DNA of 64,000 nucleotides from the human T2T-CHM13v2.0 reference genome, Homo sapiens: assembly GCF_009914755.1 (NCBI RefSeq), contig NC_060934.1; one strand, given 5' to 3'. Position 1 is the first letter of the stretch. Every line of letters begins with the position of its first letter. This document shows positions 25,810 to 38,870 of the stretch, in pieces. The notes under the pieces were generated by a model that was not told the DNA's origin, did no database searches, and saw only the letters and a program-made list of their open reading frames with translations. The position numbers were made by a program, and so were the translations under genes.

Positions 25810-28255
25810 TAGAAATGGATCCCGCTGGGTTCACACCAGCCAGCATATTCCATTCTTGGCCTCGGCCACTGGCTCCTGGGTGGACATGTGGTTCAATCAG
25901 AGTGAATCTCGGGACATCTGCTTTGCCTGCTGAGAGGTTCTCTCTCTCTTGTCTCTTGTCTCTGTCTCTGATGTGAGAGATGAGCATGTAGTCAAGGGAG
26001 ATTCTAAAAGTCACCTTGAGATCACACAGGAAGTCAGCCTTATGATAAAGATAAAGCCATGAGAAGCAGAGGTGAAACAATGAAACTAGGTCCTTGGTGA
26101 CATTTTTGAGCCCCTGGGTCAAGCTGATTAGCAGCGGCGGGCTGCTCGGAGCGGCTGCTGCCATTGCACTGGCTGCAGCAGTGGGGTGCAGGCGGTGGCC
26201 ACAAGAGCAGATGTGGGAGTGGCAGTGGTGGCAGTGGGATCCCTGTGCCCTGCATCCCCTGTGCCCCCCATACCCGAGGCAGCTGACTGCACCTTTCTCA
26301 CAGTTGTGTGGCTGAGTGGGACCCACTGCCAGGCCTGGAGCCTCCGCCGCTCTGGACTCTGCCTCTACATTGCCACTGTCGCCCACTTCTGCTGCAGGGA
26401 GGAGGCAGACAGTCCCTGGAGCCTGCCCCTGGGAGCCTCCCAGAGTCCGCTGCCCTGGGGGCCACTGCAATGGGGCCGGGCAGAGTCACCTGATGGTGGG
26501 GGAGCAGCACAGTTAGAGGCAGAGGGGCCAGCAGAGAGGGGCCCTGAGGCAGACCTGGGCCCAGGGTAGAGCTGGCAGGAGCCGGGCGTGGCTGCAGCTG
26601 CCCAAGTTGTTGCTGTGGACCTGGCCTCCCCGTGCTTTTGGGGGCCAGGAGCAGGCAAGAGTCCTGCCCTCCTGGGCACAGCTGCAGTCGCCCAGCTGTG
26701 ACTGTGGACCCAGGCATCTCTGCAGTCTCTGGTGCCTAGGAAGGCCCCCCCTTATCCCTGCAGGCTTGAAGGTGTCTGCTTCCACTGCCTGGCCTCTCCC
26801 CACTACCAGCACCCACTCCGATCTCAGAGTAAGGATGGGACCAAGCCCGGCGCTGTCACAGCCCAGCTGGGTGTGCACACACTCAGGGTAGTGCTGACGT
26901 GCCAGCCCCCTGCCTCCTCAGCCCTCTCTGGACTTTGGGCACTGACAAGCACAAGAAAGAGGCTGAGAGGGTGTGAGGACAGCTCAGCACTGGCCTGCAG
27001 GCACCCCTTGGTATGAATGGCCTGGGTGCCCTCAGCAGTGGCAGGAGGCAGACAGGCTCCTGGGCAAAAGAGGGTGGGTCCCCGATGAAGACACACCTTC
27101 AAGCTGGGGAGGTCCTGAAGCCGGGGGGCTGGGCCACCAGTCCTGTGAACCAGAGGGGCAAACTTGTGGTGCTTTTCCTTGGGCCTGCCCATGGCTGCGC
27201 ATGGATCTATCAGCACACATTTCCTCCCTTCTCAAGCCCATAAAAACCCCAGACTCAGCGAGACTCAACTAGAAGATGGAGAGAGGATGGGACAATCAGC
27301 TGCAGAGAGGAGCTATCCTCTCTGCTGAGAGCTGAAGAGACGTTGGGACAACCAGCATTACAGCTGTAGAGAGAAGCTACCCTCTCTGCTGAGAGCTGAA
27401 CACTTGTATGGACACCCTGGCTACAGAGGGGAGTTGCTCACTGTGGGTCTCCTCTGAGCTGTTCCATTGCTCAGTAAAGCTCCTCTTCATCTTGCTCACC
27501 CTCCACGTGTCTGTGTACCTCATTCTTCCTGGACACAGGGCAAGAACTGAGGACTTCCCAAATGGCAAGGCTAAAAGACCTGTAACACAAACAGGGCTGA
27601 AACATGCCCCTTGCTCTCCAAGTTGTGGGTGAAGAGAAGAAGAGAACAGCTGCAGCCCTTTGGGGACCCCAAACCTGGGAGCTCCCTGAGCCAGGGCTGT
27701 GACTCCCTCTTTGGGGCCCTGCGGTTCCTGGCATCTCCAAGCTTCTAGGCACCACCACATTCTGCAGTGTCAGCTGGGGAAGCGGCTTGTGGTACACCTG
27801 GTCCAGCCACAGCCTCCCAGAGAGCCGGCACCTGTGCCTGCTGGCACCTGGAGCTGCCCACCCCACAGCGGCAGCTCGTGTCTGACTGTGCACAGTGGCT
27901 GGACCCCACACTTGCTTACATACCCCTCACTACTCCACACCTGACTCGCAGTCTCCCTGGGAGGTGTGGGATCCAGGCTGGTAGTGTAAACTGAGTGCAG
28001 ACTGCCAGGCTGAGTGGGCAGAACAAGCCCAGTGGGCCTGAGCAAAACTGGGGCAAAGGCACCACCAGCCACAGAAGTTTTCAGCCAGAAAAGCAACACC
28101 CCAAGGATCCTGTAACAAAACCAGTCCTGACATTCACTTTACCTCTGAATTTCCCTGCTTATGTGAACAATACATTCCTTTTTTTATTTAAACCACTCTG
28201 AGATAGCTTTTGTTGTTGCTGCTGCTGTTGTTTTGAACACAGACACCTAAATGAA
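25810..28255 (+). mobile_element. Old ERVL LTR (LTR16-like), split by the MER52 insertion into 25810-26124 and 28118-28255
   Basis: caatcagagtgaatctcgggac...ggtccttggtgacatttttgagcccctgg on the left; tatgtgaacaatacattccttttttatttaaacca...cctaaatga on the right. Confidence 0.6.
26125..28117 (+). mobile_element. MER52-family (ERV1) solo LTR, about 2 kb
   Basis: TG...CA ends (tgattagcagcggcggg...ccaaggatcctgtaaca); 4-bp flanks aagc/aaac; TATA-like CATAAAAA 27239-27246; poly(A) signal position reads AGTAAA 27473-27478. Confidence 0.88.
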
Positions 28256-29691
28256 GTGGGCTCCTGCTCCATGACCAAGCTGGCACTTGAGATGGATCTT
28301 GAAGCATGTGCTCTAGAATGCTCCAAAGCATTCTTTTCTGCAGCCCTCTGATTTAAGCCCTCATCCAATACATCTTCGCTGAGCAGTGACTGTATGCCCT
28401 GTTCTCAGCAGAATGCTGGGATACACAGATCAATGAGATGTTGTCCTATGGTCCCTACTGGAGAAGCTCATGCCTTACAGGGGATCCAGATGGGTATGCC
28501 TGTCACTGCTACAGGGACGCATGGAAGGCTTGGTGGCCCAGAGAGGAGGGGGTGCCCCCTCTGCGGGGGAGTCAGTGAGGATGGCCTGGGCCATATTGAC
28601 TCCCCTCCCCAGGCTTTCCTCCAAGAGCTGTCCCTCCCCCACTGCCAGCTCTCACTCAGTGGAACCAGGCCTGGGCAATCAGAGCATTCCTTCTGTCTGG
28701 CACAGGGACTGACTCCAGGATTGCCCCGACCCCAAGCCAGACGAATGAAAGTGTCATCTGGGCCTTGGCTGGAGTCTTGGGGTTGGTGGGATGATAGGAT
28801 GTTCGTAGCTGCTGGGGTCATCTTAGGGCTTCCTCCCAACCAGAGGAACTCAGGTCTTTGTGTGGTGGCTCTGAAAGAAACAAAAAAAATTGCTGCTGGA
28901 GGTTGTGATGTGCCCGTCTACATGAGTCCCAGAACTGCTGAATCTGGGAGCAAGAAGGGACCTCCAACTCTTCGGGTCTGGCCCACTCATGTTACTGGCG
29001 AGAAAGCAGAGGTCCAGATGGGCTGGGTGGCATGCACAATTCCTCCTGGAAGGAGGGCAGAGCTGGGAAAGAATGCCAGTGCCCGCCTGCCCTGCCCCCC
29101 ACCCACCATGCCCAGCACCTGTTCTTGTCCCTTCCAGCATCTCGGCATGAAGCTGTCCTCCTCTCTGAGGAGAGGTCGGCCTTTCTGGGCCTGCTGGAAC
29201 TGTGGTGAAGGCTGCGCAGAGCCCAGTGTGCCAGGCCCTGACCCTGCTGATCACTTTCCACAGATGGCAGGGTGGGGGCGGGGGAACTCCTGAAGGGGGC
29301 GAGCTTAGCCCACTGCTTGGCTCTGAGCAGGTGGGGTTCTGCAACTGAGCTCAAGGTTGCAGCTGTGCAGCCTACTTCAGGTTGGGAGGGTCATGTGTAT
29401 GCACATCCATCACCAGGAGGTGAGGGAGGAAGGGCTCCAGAAGCTTCACCTCCCTGCCGTGCTGGCCAGGGCCTTGCCGTGCTGGCAGGGGGATGAAGTG
29501 TTTCACATTTCTCATGTGGTACTGTTCCGAGAAAGATACAAATTTAGAGCCTGGGTGACCCCCAGTAGATGCCCAGACAGAGCTGGAGAAAGACCAGGCA
29601 GAGACTAGTGAATGAAAAGTGGCAGGCAGACGGGTGAGCAGCCGGCTTTCCCTCCTGAGAATGACCTTGTCTGCCACGCCTTTGGCTCCCA

Positions 29692-29824
29692 GCACTGACT
29701 GTGTGATCCGCAGGGCCCAGTGCAAATGCAAGATGCGGCCCCCTTTGTCAAAATGGCCATGGCAAAGCATTAAACCCAGAATGGGGCCGGGTCGACCGCA
29801 GTCACACCCATGAAGCCTGCCCTG
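29692..29824 (-). mobile_element. MER45A-like hAT-Tip100 MITE
   Basis: gggcccagtgcaaatgcaagatgcgg...agcattaaacc...cacacccatgaagcctgccctg. Confidence 0.75.
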
Positions 29825-30703
29825 TTTGTGCAGTGTACGCGTGGGGAAGGGCTCCGGCTGCTTGTTGGACTCTTCAGGAGCTGGCATGGAGAAGTGCTTA
29901 GGAGCCCAAGTCTCTGGAGCCAGACTGGGTTTGAATCCCAAGATCTTGGGATTTAACCTCTGGGATTTAACCTCTCAGAGCACGAGTTCCTTTGTAAGAT
30001 GGGGATAGCAACAGGGCCATTGTGGGTATTTGGTGAGTCAGCATGTAAATCTCTCAGCACAGTGCCTGGCCCATAGTCAGGTTACACGAGGGTTTGTTAT
30101 TGTTATGAAGGTGAATATTTGTCTCCACCTTCCCAGTTCACATCTGGGCCTCCTCACCTGCCCCCCGCAGGCTCCAGCTGCCTGCTAGGCACAGGAGAGT
30201 GGTCATGTTTAGAGGCCAAGCTGGGTCCTGGGACCCAGCCCCACCCAGCGCCCTCTCACCTTCTCTTCCGTCAAGAGCAGGCCAGCGTGAGCCAGGGTTG
30301 GTGGAGCAGAATCCACTCCCCTGCTCCGGGAGTGGTTGCCAGGAAGCCTGGCCTCGTGAACCCGATGGTCTGACCCCTCAACAACTCTCCCTGGAGTGTG
30401 GAGGTGGGAAGGCCCCCAGGGTCATCTGAGGGCCTGGGTAGGGGAGCGGAGGGGAAGGCTGGGGCTGCCCTCTTCCCTGGGGCAGTGGTGCCGGGAGGGG
30501 CAGTGCCAGGGAGAGCTGTGAGAGGGGAGAGGTGGGGAGTGGAGGCCACCAGGTGGACTCCAAACCCTGGACTCCTAGCCCTGCTCTGCCCACTGGCTGA
30601 TCCCTGGCCAGTCCTCAGCCATCCCTCTGAGGTGCTCTTGCCCCTCTGCCAAATGGGATGAAGACTCCTGAATGCCACAGAGATTCTCTGATGAGCAAAA
30701 ATA

Positions 30704-30760
30704 TGAGAGAGAGAGAGAGAGAGAAAGTGTCAGGGGGCGGTGGGGAGAGAGAGAGAGAGA
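30704..30760. repeat. Two (GA)n runs
   Basis: GA dinucleotide tracts at about 30704-30724 and 30745-30760. Confidence 0.9.
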
Positions 30761-32696
30761 AACAAAAACAGAGAGACAGGGAGGGAGGGGCATGAACACA
30801 GACAAGCAGGGGCCAACACAGATGTGTGTCTACTCAGGTTATTTATCCCATCCTCACAAGCATGCTGGCTTCAGGAGGGGAAGCTCTGGACCTGGTGCCT
30901 AGAAGTGGAGGTACTTCCTCCTCCTATTCCTGGGTGTGGTCCCCCCAGGCCAGCAAGCATTGCTTTTAGGCTGGTTAGCTCACATCGAGATGAGGGAGGG
31001 AGTCTGGCACCTGCTGGGGAGCTCCCAGCTGAATACCTCTACTGAGCTTGCTCTCAAAGCCCCACTTGGTGCTGACAAGCCGTCTGGAGCTCAGCTGGCC
31101 AGGATGACCTAATGTTCCACTGGGTCTTCTTCTCTGCCATCTTTCCAGGGATGGCCCTCGGCTGACCCTGGCTTCTGGGCCCCCAGACCCAGGCACCTTG
31201 AGGAAGAATAGCAAACAAGCCGGATTTCAGGAGGCACAGGGCCAGTGTATGACCTTGGACTGTTTGCTTTTTTAAACTTAAAAATATACAATTTTAATTT
31301 TCATCGTGAAGACAATTGTGTTCTTGGAACTTCCAGGCAGCCCCTGTCTTGGCCAGTTCCTCAATTAGGTGCCTCTCAAGAGGGAAAAAGCCGAAATACA
31401 ATTACTTGAGGAACAATGGGCTGGGGCTATATTTAACACGGGGCCAGCCTGGGGGACCACATGCTCACCCCCCTCCCTGGCTCCTCTCCCTCCCGTCTTA
31501 GCCCTCACCTTCCTGTCCCTCTGTCTGGGTTCCCTGGTCTCCCAGCCGCCCCCACCTCACTGTCTCCAGCTGTCTGCACCCTGAAGCTGTTACTGATGGA
31601 CAATCAGACAAGCCTCTCCCAGGACGGCTGCAAACTCCTTCCTCCCCAGATCCGCTGAGCAGCCTCACGCCTCTGAGGTAGGTCACTTCTGAGTCAGAGA
31701 TAGAAAAGTCAGTGTCACTGAGCAGAACCAGCATCTCTGGGGGCGGAGTTGTCTGAAAGAAAACCATCCCAGCCTCCATCTGCCACCTTCGGATCTCAGA
31801 AACAGTCTATCCCCAATGCCGCCAGCTCCCTAGCTCACAAGGGACACTCCCTGCCTTTGTCTTGGCTGATCCTCCTTGTAATCGTGTGAGGCAGGCCCAT
31901 TTTACAGTGGAAAGCACTGAAGCTCTGAGAAGTTACATTAGTAACAGAGTTACCACAATGCCAGGAGCTTCTGCCTGGACAAGTCAGCACCTGGGGGTTT
32001 TGGTGCCAGGTGTGCATCACACGCAGGTGGCCGCTGAGGTCTCAGTTGTCAGGTCTAATGAGCGTGATGTCCAGATGCTGGGGCTGGGGACAGCTTCTTC
32101 ATTTGTGGGCGTTTTATTAGCATGTGGTACCCATAGGAGTGACCGCCATGGAGAAGGGATGTGGCGCAGCTCATTCAGACAAGGGTCATGCAAGGAGGAT
32201 GGGAGAGGAGGCCTGGAGCAGGCAGCTCGGACGCCTCCTCAGAGAAGCCTCCCAGGACCACCTGGTGAGGTCAGAACATGCTCCTCTGGGTCTCCCACAG
32301 CACCACGGAAGTTTCCTTCATTGCACTTATCACGGGTCCAAGTTTATCCTTATGCCCATAGGTTTTCATTTTGTTTTGCTTTTTTACTCTGTGTCTTCAA
32401 AGATACTGTGAGCCCCTTGAGGACAGGGATATGTCCTTCTGTGCACACCAGGAAAATTTCATAGCTCTTCCTCTTCGATGACAAGGACCACTCTAAATCC
32501 AGAGACACTTCAAGTGGGTGTTCATTGATCAATCACGCCAGGCTTTGTGGTCCTTTGGGCTGTCAGGGACATGTAGCATGAGGCACAAGGTTCTAGCCAC
32601 AGGCCAGGCTCGCTACAAGCCTAGTGCCCTTTGCATATCCCACTGGAACTCCTAATTTCTTTGGGATCTTCTGCTCACAGATTGTGATTCTGGTTT

Positions 32697-33014
<318 letters not shown>

Positions 33015-34030
33015 TGTGATCCTGGTTTAAATGGCCCTTCCTTGAAGTGTTCCTGTCAAGGGGTTCCTTTTGACTGCATCAGCATCTTAAGTATTCCTTG
33101 AGGGTGGCAGATTAGGGGGAGGGTGTTGAGGTGAGGGTGGATGGCAGACAAAGTGATGGGGAGATTGTGGTGGGGTGGGAGGTTGATGGCAGCGATGGGG
33201 TGGACAGAGGTGTGGCTGCATCAGTGATGCTCTGCTAAAGGAGGGATCAATTGGGAGTTCCACCAGGTCAGACTAGGATCTATCGGTGATCAGCTGGTGA
33301 GATCTCCTGGCCAACATGTTCATCTAAAGACCAAAGATGGGTTAAACGCCTAGCTTATGTCCTGTTCCCGTGTGCTGTGTGCCCCATAGTGGGTAAACCA
33401 GACCAGCAGGAATTAAAACCTGCAGTTAATGTTCAACAGCTGGTAAAGGGAGAGAAGGATGCTGAGGCTTGCAGCTCCCGTTACCTCCCTGGGAGAAGTC
33501 ATCAAAGGAGGCAACGGGGTGAGAAACGCACTCAAGAGCATCCAGAGACCCCACGCTGCCCGGCTCTGGGGCTCCAATTCCAGCTTGTAGTGCCAACACA
33601 TCTCAGTTCCTCCTCAGGGACAGCAGGAAGGGGCTCTGAGAACAGGCCACCATTGGTGCAAACAAGTGAGAACCAGGAGAATCCCCCAGCCCTTAAATTC
33701 ACATGGGCCAAAAGATAAATTTTAAGAGATTCAGCTGAACTTGCCCCAACCACAAACACTAGACAAATAATCTGAAGCACTCAACAAGCATGAAACTCGG
33801 CCAGCTCTGCCCTCCCAGGTTCCTTGTAACTCGAGGAGCCAGCAGCAGCCATCCGTTGTGACTAAAAGCATCTGGGTCAGGAGAAACCTTGTTCAGTTCA
33901 GCTGGTGCAGATCCCCCAGGGCCCCTCCCCCAGTGCTCAACTCCTTGAAGCTTCCCCGACCTGGATCTAACAGTAATGTCTTGGATTTATAGTGCTTCTG
34001 GCTCCAGGGGGCTTTATAGACATCATCTAA

Positions 34031-34380
<350 letters not shown>

Positions 34381-37300
34381 TTTTTAACTGGGAAGGCTGC
34401 TAGGCAGGAGACAGAGATGTCAGAAAGCCTGTGCCAAGTGGCCTCCTGAGAGCCACACAACAAAGCCTCAGGGTGAAAGATCTATATTGTGGCCTCCTGT
34501 GTACCAGCCCTGCGTCGGGAACTCAGAAGCATGAGGAGTTCACAGGCACGGGGCTCAGACTCTGCTCTGCAGGAGCCCTTGACTTGATACAGTTGATCGA
34601 GGCCCAGCCACAGGCCCTAGGGTAGACAGGGGGTGGTTAGAGGCCTGGACCTGAGGTCCTGCTGCTCTCTACTGGCAGTCCACCTTGCAGATTCCAGCTA
34701 ACCCTTCTCTACTCTGCTTTCCTGGCTTGGGCTAAAAGCTGGATCTTTGGCCTGGCGCTGAAGCCATTTGATCTAGCGGCTGCAAAGGGTGTTTCCATCT
34801 TTTACTGTCAGCTGTTGCTTCTGAGCCACCAGCATGTGTGGGAGACCCTTACATCTGCAGTCATGGTGCTCCATGGTGCTGGTGAGGGACATGAGGTCCC
34901 AGAGGAGCTGTGGTTTGCTGGACGTCAGCTGGAGGGTGGGAGAGTGGGATTCAAACCCAGCCCATGCTCTTTTGATAACATCCTGAAAGAAAGCAGGGCA
35001 TCTGACAAGGATGGACAGAGACTGGCTCTAAGAGAAGTGTGCACGTCTTTGGAGGTGCGTGGGCTGAAGGAGTGTCTGGGACAGGAAGAGGAGCGTGTTT
35101 GGAAACTGAGCAAGGACAGAACTGTCCATGTTGAAAGGACAGAAGGGAGGTCAGATGGCAGGGGCAGAGAGAGTCGGGGGAGGGAGAATGAGCTGGGGCC
35201 TGGAGAAGAGACAGGTCCTGGGGGCGGATAGGGTGGGCCCTGTAGATAAAGCTGGGGCCGTGTCCAGTCTGCCAGGGATGTTCCAGTTGGCATGGTGATC
35301 CCGTATCCTTATTACCTGCTTCCACTCCTCTTTTTGTGAAGCTGTTCTGGACATGCCAGCCTCATATGCCACCCCCACCTCCATGCCTAGCGTAACTACC
35401 TGCACAGGCAAGCTGACTACAAATGAGTGTCAAATGATGGGGTCTCCAAGGATGCTCAGTGGCATGGAGTTTGGAGGCCTGGCTGAGCACGCGAGTGAGA
35501 GGATGTTTGATTTTAACTACTTGCACAGTGAAAGCCCAACACTCCCAGCTGGTCTGTGTGGCTTCATTTTCTATGTCAAAGAACCAGGATAACAAAAGTA
35601 GCTATTATTTATTAACCATTTTCTATGCACTGAGCACTGGACTGGAAACTTTACAAACTACTTAATCCTCACAACCACTGTACAAGGTAGGCTCAGAGAG
35701 GGTAGGTAAGTTTCTTGAGGTCACACAGCTAGAACATTCTGACTATAATTTTAAGGTGATTTCCCCAAAAAAGAGAACCCTTTCAAAAGACCCTGCCCCA
35801 GAGTAGCTGCTTGAAACATATTTGTTGACTCCAAAATTGAACTTAATTGAGTCTTCAAGGATGGGTGGGATTGCATTTGTTGAGACAGCAACGAGCAACA
35901 ATGAGCTCTCCAGGCTGGGGGCCAGCATGAGAGAAGACAGAGGGGAGGCCATGCGTGGGCGTAGGGGAGGCAGGAAGGAGAGCTGCTCACCAGTGGGAAG
36001 CCTCTGCTTTGGGGAGGGACAGGAAGGAAAGCTGGTGGCTTGTGGGGTGGGTGGTGCTGCTGCTGCTGCTGAGTTTGGAATGCAGGACAATAGGGAACCA
36101 TTGTAGGTTCTGGAGTGAGGGCAGATGAAACTGGTGTTGGATGATGGCTCTAAAGGATATGGGGATGGGTAGAGAAAGAAGAGGCTAGAAAAAGAGAAGC
36201 CAAAATGAGGCTAAGTCAGAGAAGAAAAGATAAACTAGAGTGAGAAAGAAAGAAGGAGAGAGCCATGAGGCCCCGGGAGAGGGGGACACACCGGTAAGTG
36301 GTTAATTGCTACCATTTGTGCACTGTAATTCACCAAGCCCCTGCATATATGTTATCTCATTTGATTTAGTGCTCAAACCCGGCCTATGAAGTCATAGTTC
36401 GCTCCCACATATGGAGCCCTGCTGGATGCCAGGTACTTTATGTACATTTCCTGTAGCCCTGTCAACAGCCACAAAGGGTAAACATGACCCTTTTACAGAC
36501 CATGTACCTGCAGATTGGGCAGATTAAGGAACTCACCCAAGATAAAAGACCAGACCTGTCTGGCTGTGTACCTAGGTCTGATCCACTGTTCCGGACTTGA
36601 TCCCATTTACAGAGGAGGAAGCTGAGAGAAATCTTGGATGCTGCAGAAGACCCGTTAGCATCTTGGTGGCGTCTGTTCCTTTTGGCTCCATGCCCATGGC
36701 TTGTCTTGCTGAAACCCGCTTCCACACTGTAGCCTTGGGGCTTGGATGCCATGTGGCCCTTTCACCCCACCCAAGCCCCTGGGCCATTTCTGCTGGTCCC
36801 GTGATTCCTCAAATGAATGCATCCCCTTAAGGCTCTTGGAGGAAGCTTTTCCAGATTCCTCAAGTCAGCTCTTGAGGTCCATAATAGAACCTTGGTGAGT
36901 GGAGGCAGGTTCTTGAGAGGAGACAGACTCCAGACCAACTCTTGCCTTGCCAAATGAGGATTAGGGCTTGGCACTGTAAGGGTTGGAGGGCTCTTTATCA
37001 GGCTTCGGGCCTGGATGGGAAGCAAACTCCAGGGACATAAAGATATTCGAGGGACCAGGGACCGGGCCCGTGCCAGACCAGCCAAGAGCTGGTCCAGGGA
37101 GCAGGCACGGGGAGGGCTGTCCACAGACCAGGTGCAGGCAGCAGCCCTAGGGCTTAAGGGGCCATGCCTAGGACCCAGCGGTGGGGGCGCTGCCACCAGG
37201 ATGGGCACTCCCTCTATCTGGCTCCACACAGCCATAGTTCCAGAACCACTCACTGACCCTCTCAGCTGCCTCTCTTGGCTGGAGGGTGGGGATTCTGAAG

Positions 37301-38629
37301 CTTTATGGGGCCTGCAGAAGGGGGAGGCCTGCCTGTGGGCTCCTGCTGACACAGGTGTCTTCTCAGTAGGGGAATGGAAAGCTCTGGGGGAAGTGGGTGC
37401 TAGGGGTGGCTAGGCCACCACACCACTGCCAAGTAGACTAGCCTGCCCCGCCAGCTGGAGAGGCTTCCTAAATATCTATTGACCGAGTAGCAGAAAGGGA
37501 AGCCAGTCTGAATTAGAGTCTACTTTGGAGAGAGAATGCATGAAAAGCATATTCAAACGAGACACTAGAAGTCCCTCCAGGACCTGCCCTAAGGAATAGA
37601 GAATGGCTGTCATTAGCATCTTACGAATAAATGTCGTGGGAAGGTAACCTGAGCCTTCCTTAGTGGGTCAGAGTGCTTAAAGTCTGCTCTCCAAAGTGTC
37701 TCTGTGTCCTCCTGGAGCCTGCTTGTGAATCTCAGCAGACAGGTTTGGTTGTCAGAGGCTAGCTTCAGCCTGGCTCTGCTGGAAGAGCTCCAGCTGCCCT
37801 CCACCCTCTGCCCTCGACCCTGCCCCCTGCAGGATGAAGGTTAATATAAGGAATTGCTGGGTCCTGCTGTGTGTCCACATGTCATCCTGAGCTGCCAGTT
37901 TGCCTGAAAATAGACAAATGTCCTATGTGCCAGGACCCTGGTCCTCCGGTCTCGGGCTCTCCTGGGGGTCCAGGTGAGCTGGGACAATGAGGTCGGTCTT
38001 GACCCTTCCGACCATTACACCTCTCTGCGCAGGTAGGGTGCAAGCTGGGGGTGAGACAGAGTTAGCTTCAGGCCCCTGGCTATAGGGATGGCGCCCAACC
38101 TACGCTGATGGACAGAATTCTATGTGTTGAAGGAAGGCTGGGCTGGAGTCTAACCTCCCACCTCTGCCCCTAGGCTTCTTCTTATCCCACTCTCCAGCAC
38201 AGTGACCTGACCTAAGAGAATGCCTCTCAGATATGTGGCCAGCAGGGACTGCATGTCCTCATGGCCCCGTGTTCATAATGGGAAGCCAGGCAGATGCAGA
38301 ACCCTGGCTATGGGTTCTAATCCAACCCTGGATTCCATGAAGGGACAAGGATGGTGGCAGGATCTGCCAGCATGCTTGGTGGGATCTGCCGTCCCCTGAA
38401 CCAGTGCCTCAAGCAGGTGGGAAGTAGCTTGCTTTCCTTTTCTGCCAAGGGTAAGCCCTTCCTTGACAAGGGTAACCCACAGGGCCCCATGGGGTACACG
38501 GGAGAGGAATGCAGGCAGGCTGGGCTCTGTCTCTCAGATCCCACTGGGCTTTCTAAAGAGAAGTGGCTTAGGCCATTAGGAGGGATACAAGGCTGGTGCT
38601 TTGGCCAAGCTGGTGGTTCAGGGGCATCA

Positions 38630-38870
38630 AGAGTGGGACTTCCAAACCAATAGCCTGTGGGACAAAATGGTTTTTAATAGGCCCATGCAGCGTGGGGCTT
38701 TTTGTTTGTTTTGTTTTGTTTTTGCTGTGTGCTTTTGTTTTGAATTTTGAGTTCGCTGTTGGCACTTAAATTTGAGAATCTTTTACATACAAATCTGGAT
38801 TTCCAGTTTCTCTGGAAAAATCAGGAGACCTAGGCTGGAACTGAGTGGCAGGTGACCCTCTGGAACTCCT
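38630..38870. mobile_element. MER102-like hAT-Charlie element
   Basis: tttacatacaaatctggatttccagtttctctggaaaaatcaggagacct resembles the MER102 core. Confidence 0.6.

Noticed and set aside
25577-26470. 297-aa minus-strand ORF
   Set aside because: Runs across the GC-rich MER52 LTR and an older LTR; no coding signature.
29289-29302. Weak CTCF-like motif CCTGAAGGGGGCGA
   Set aside because: Several mismatches and no upstream module; too weak to call.
29947-29974. 14-bp tandem duplication tgggatttaacctc x2
   Set aside because: Ordinary slippage inside a MIR remnant.
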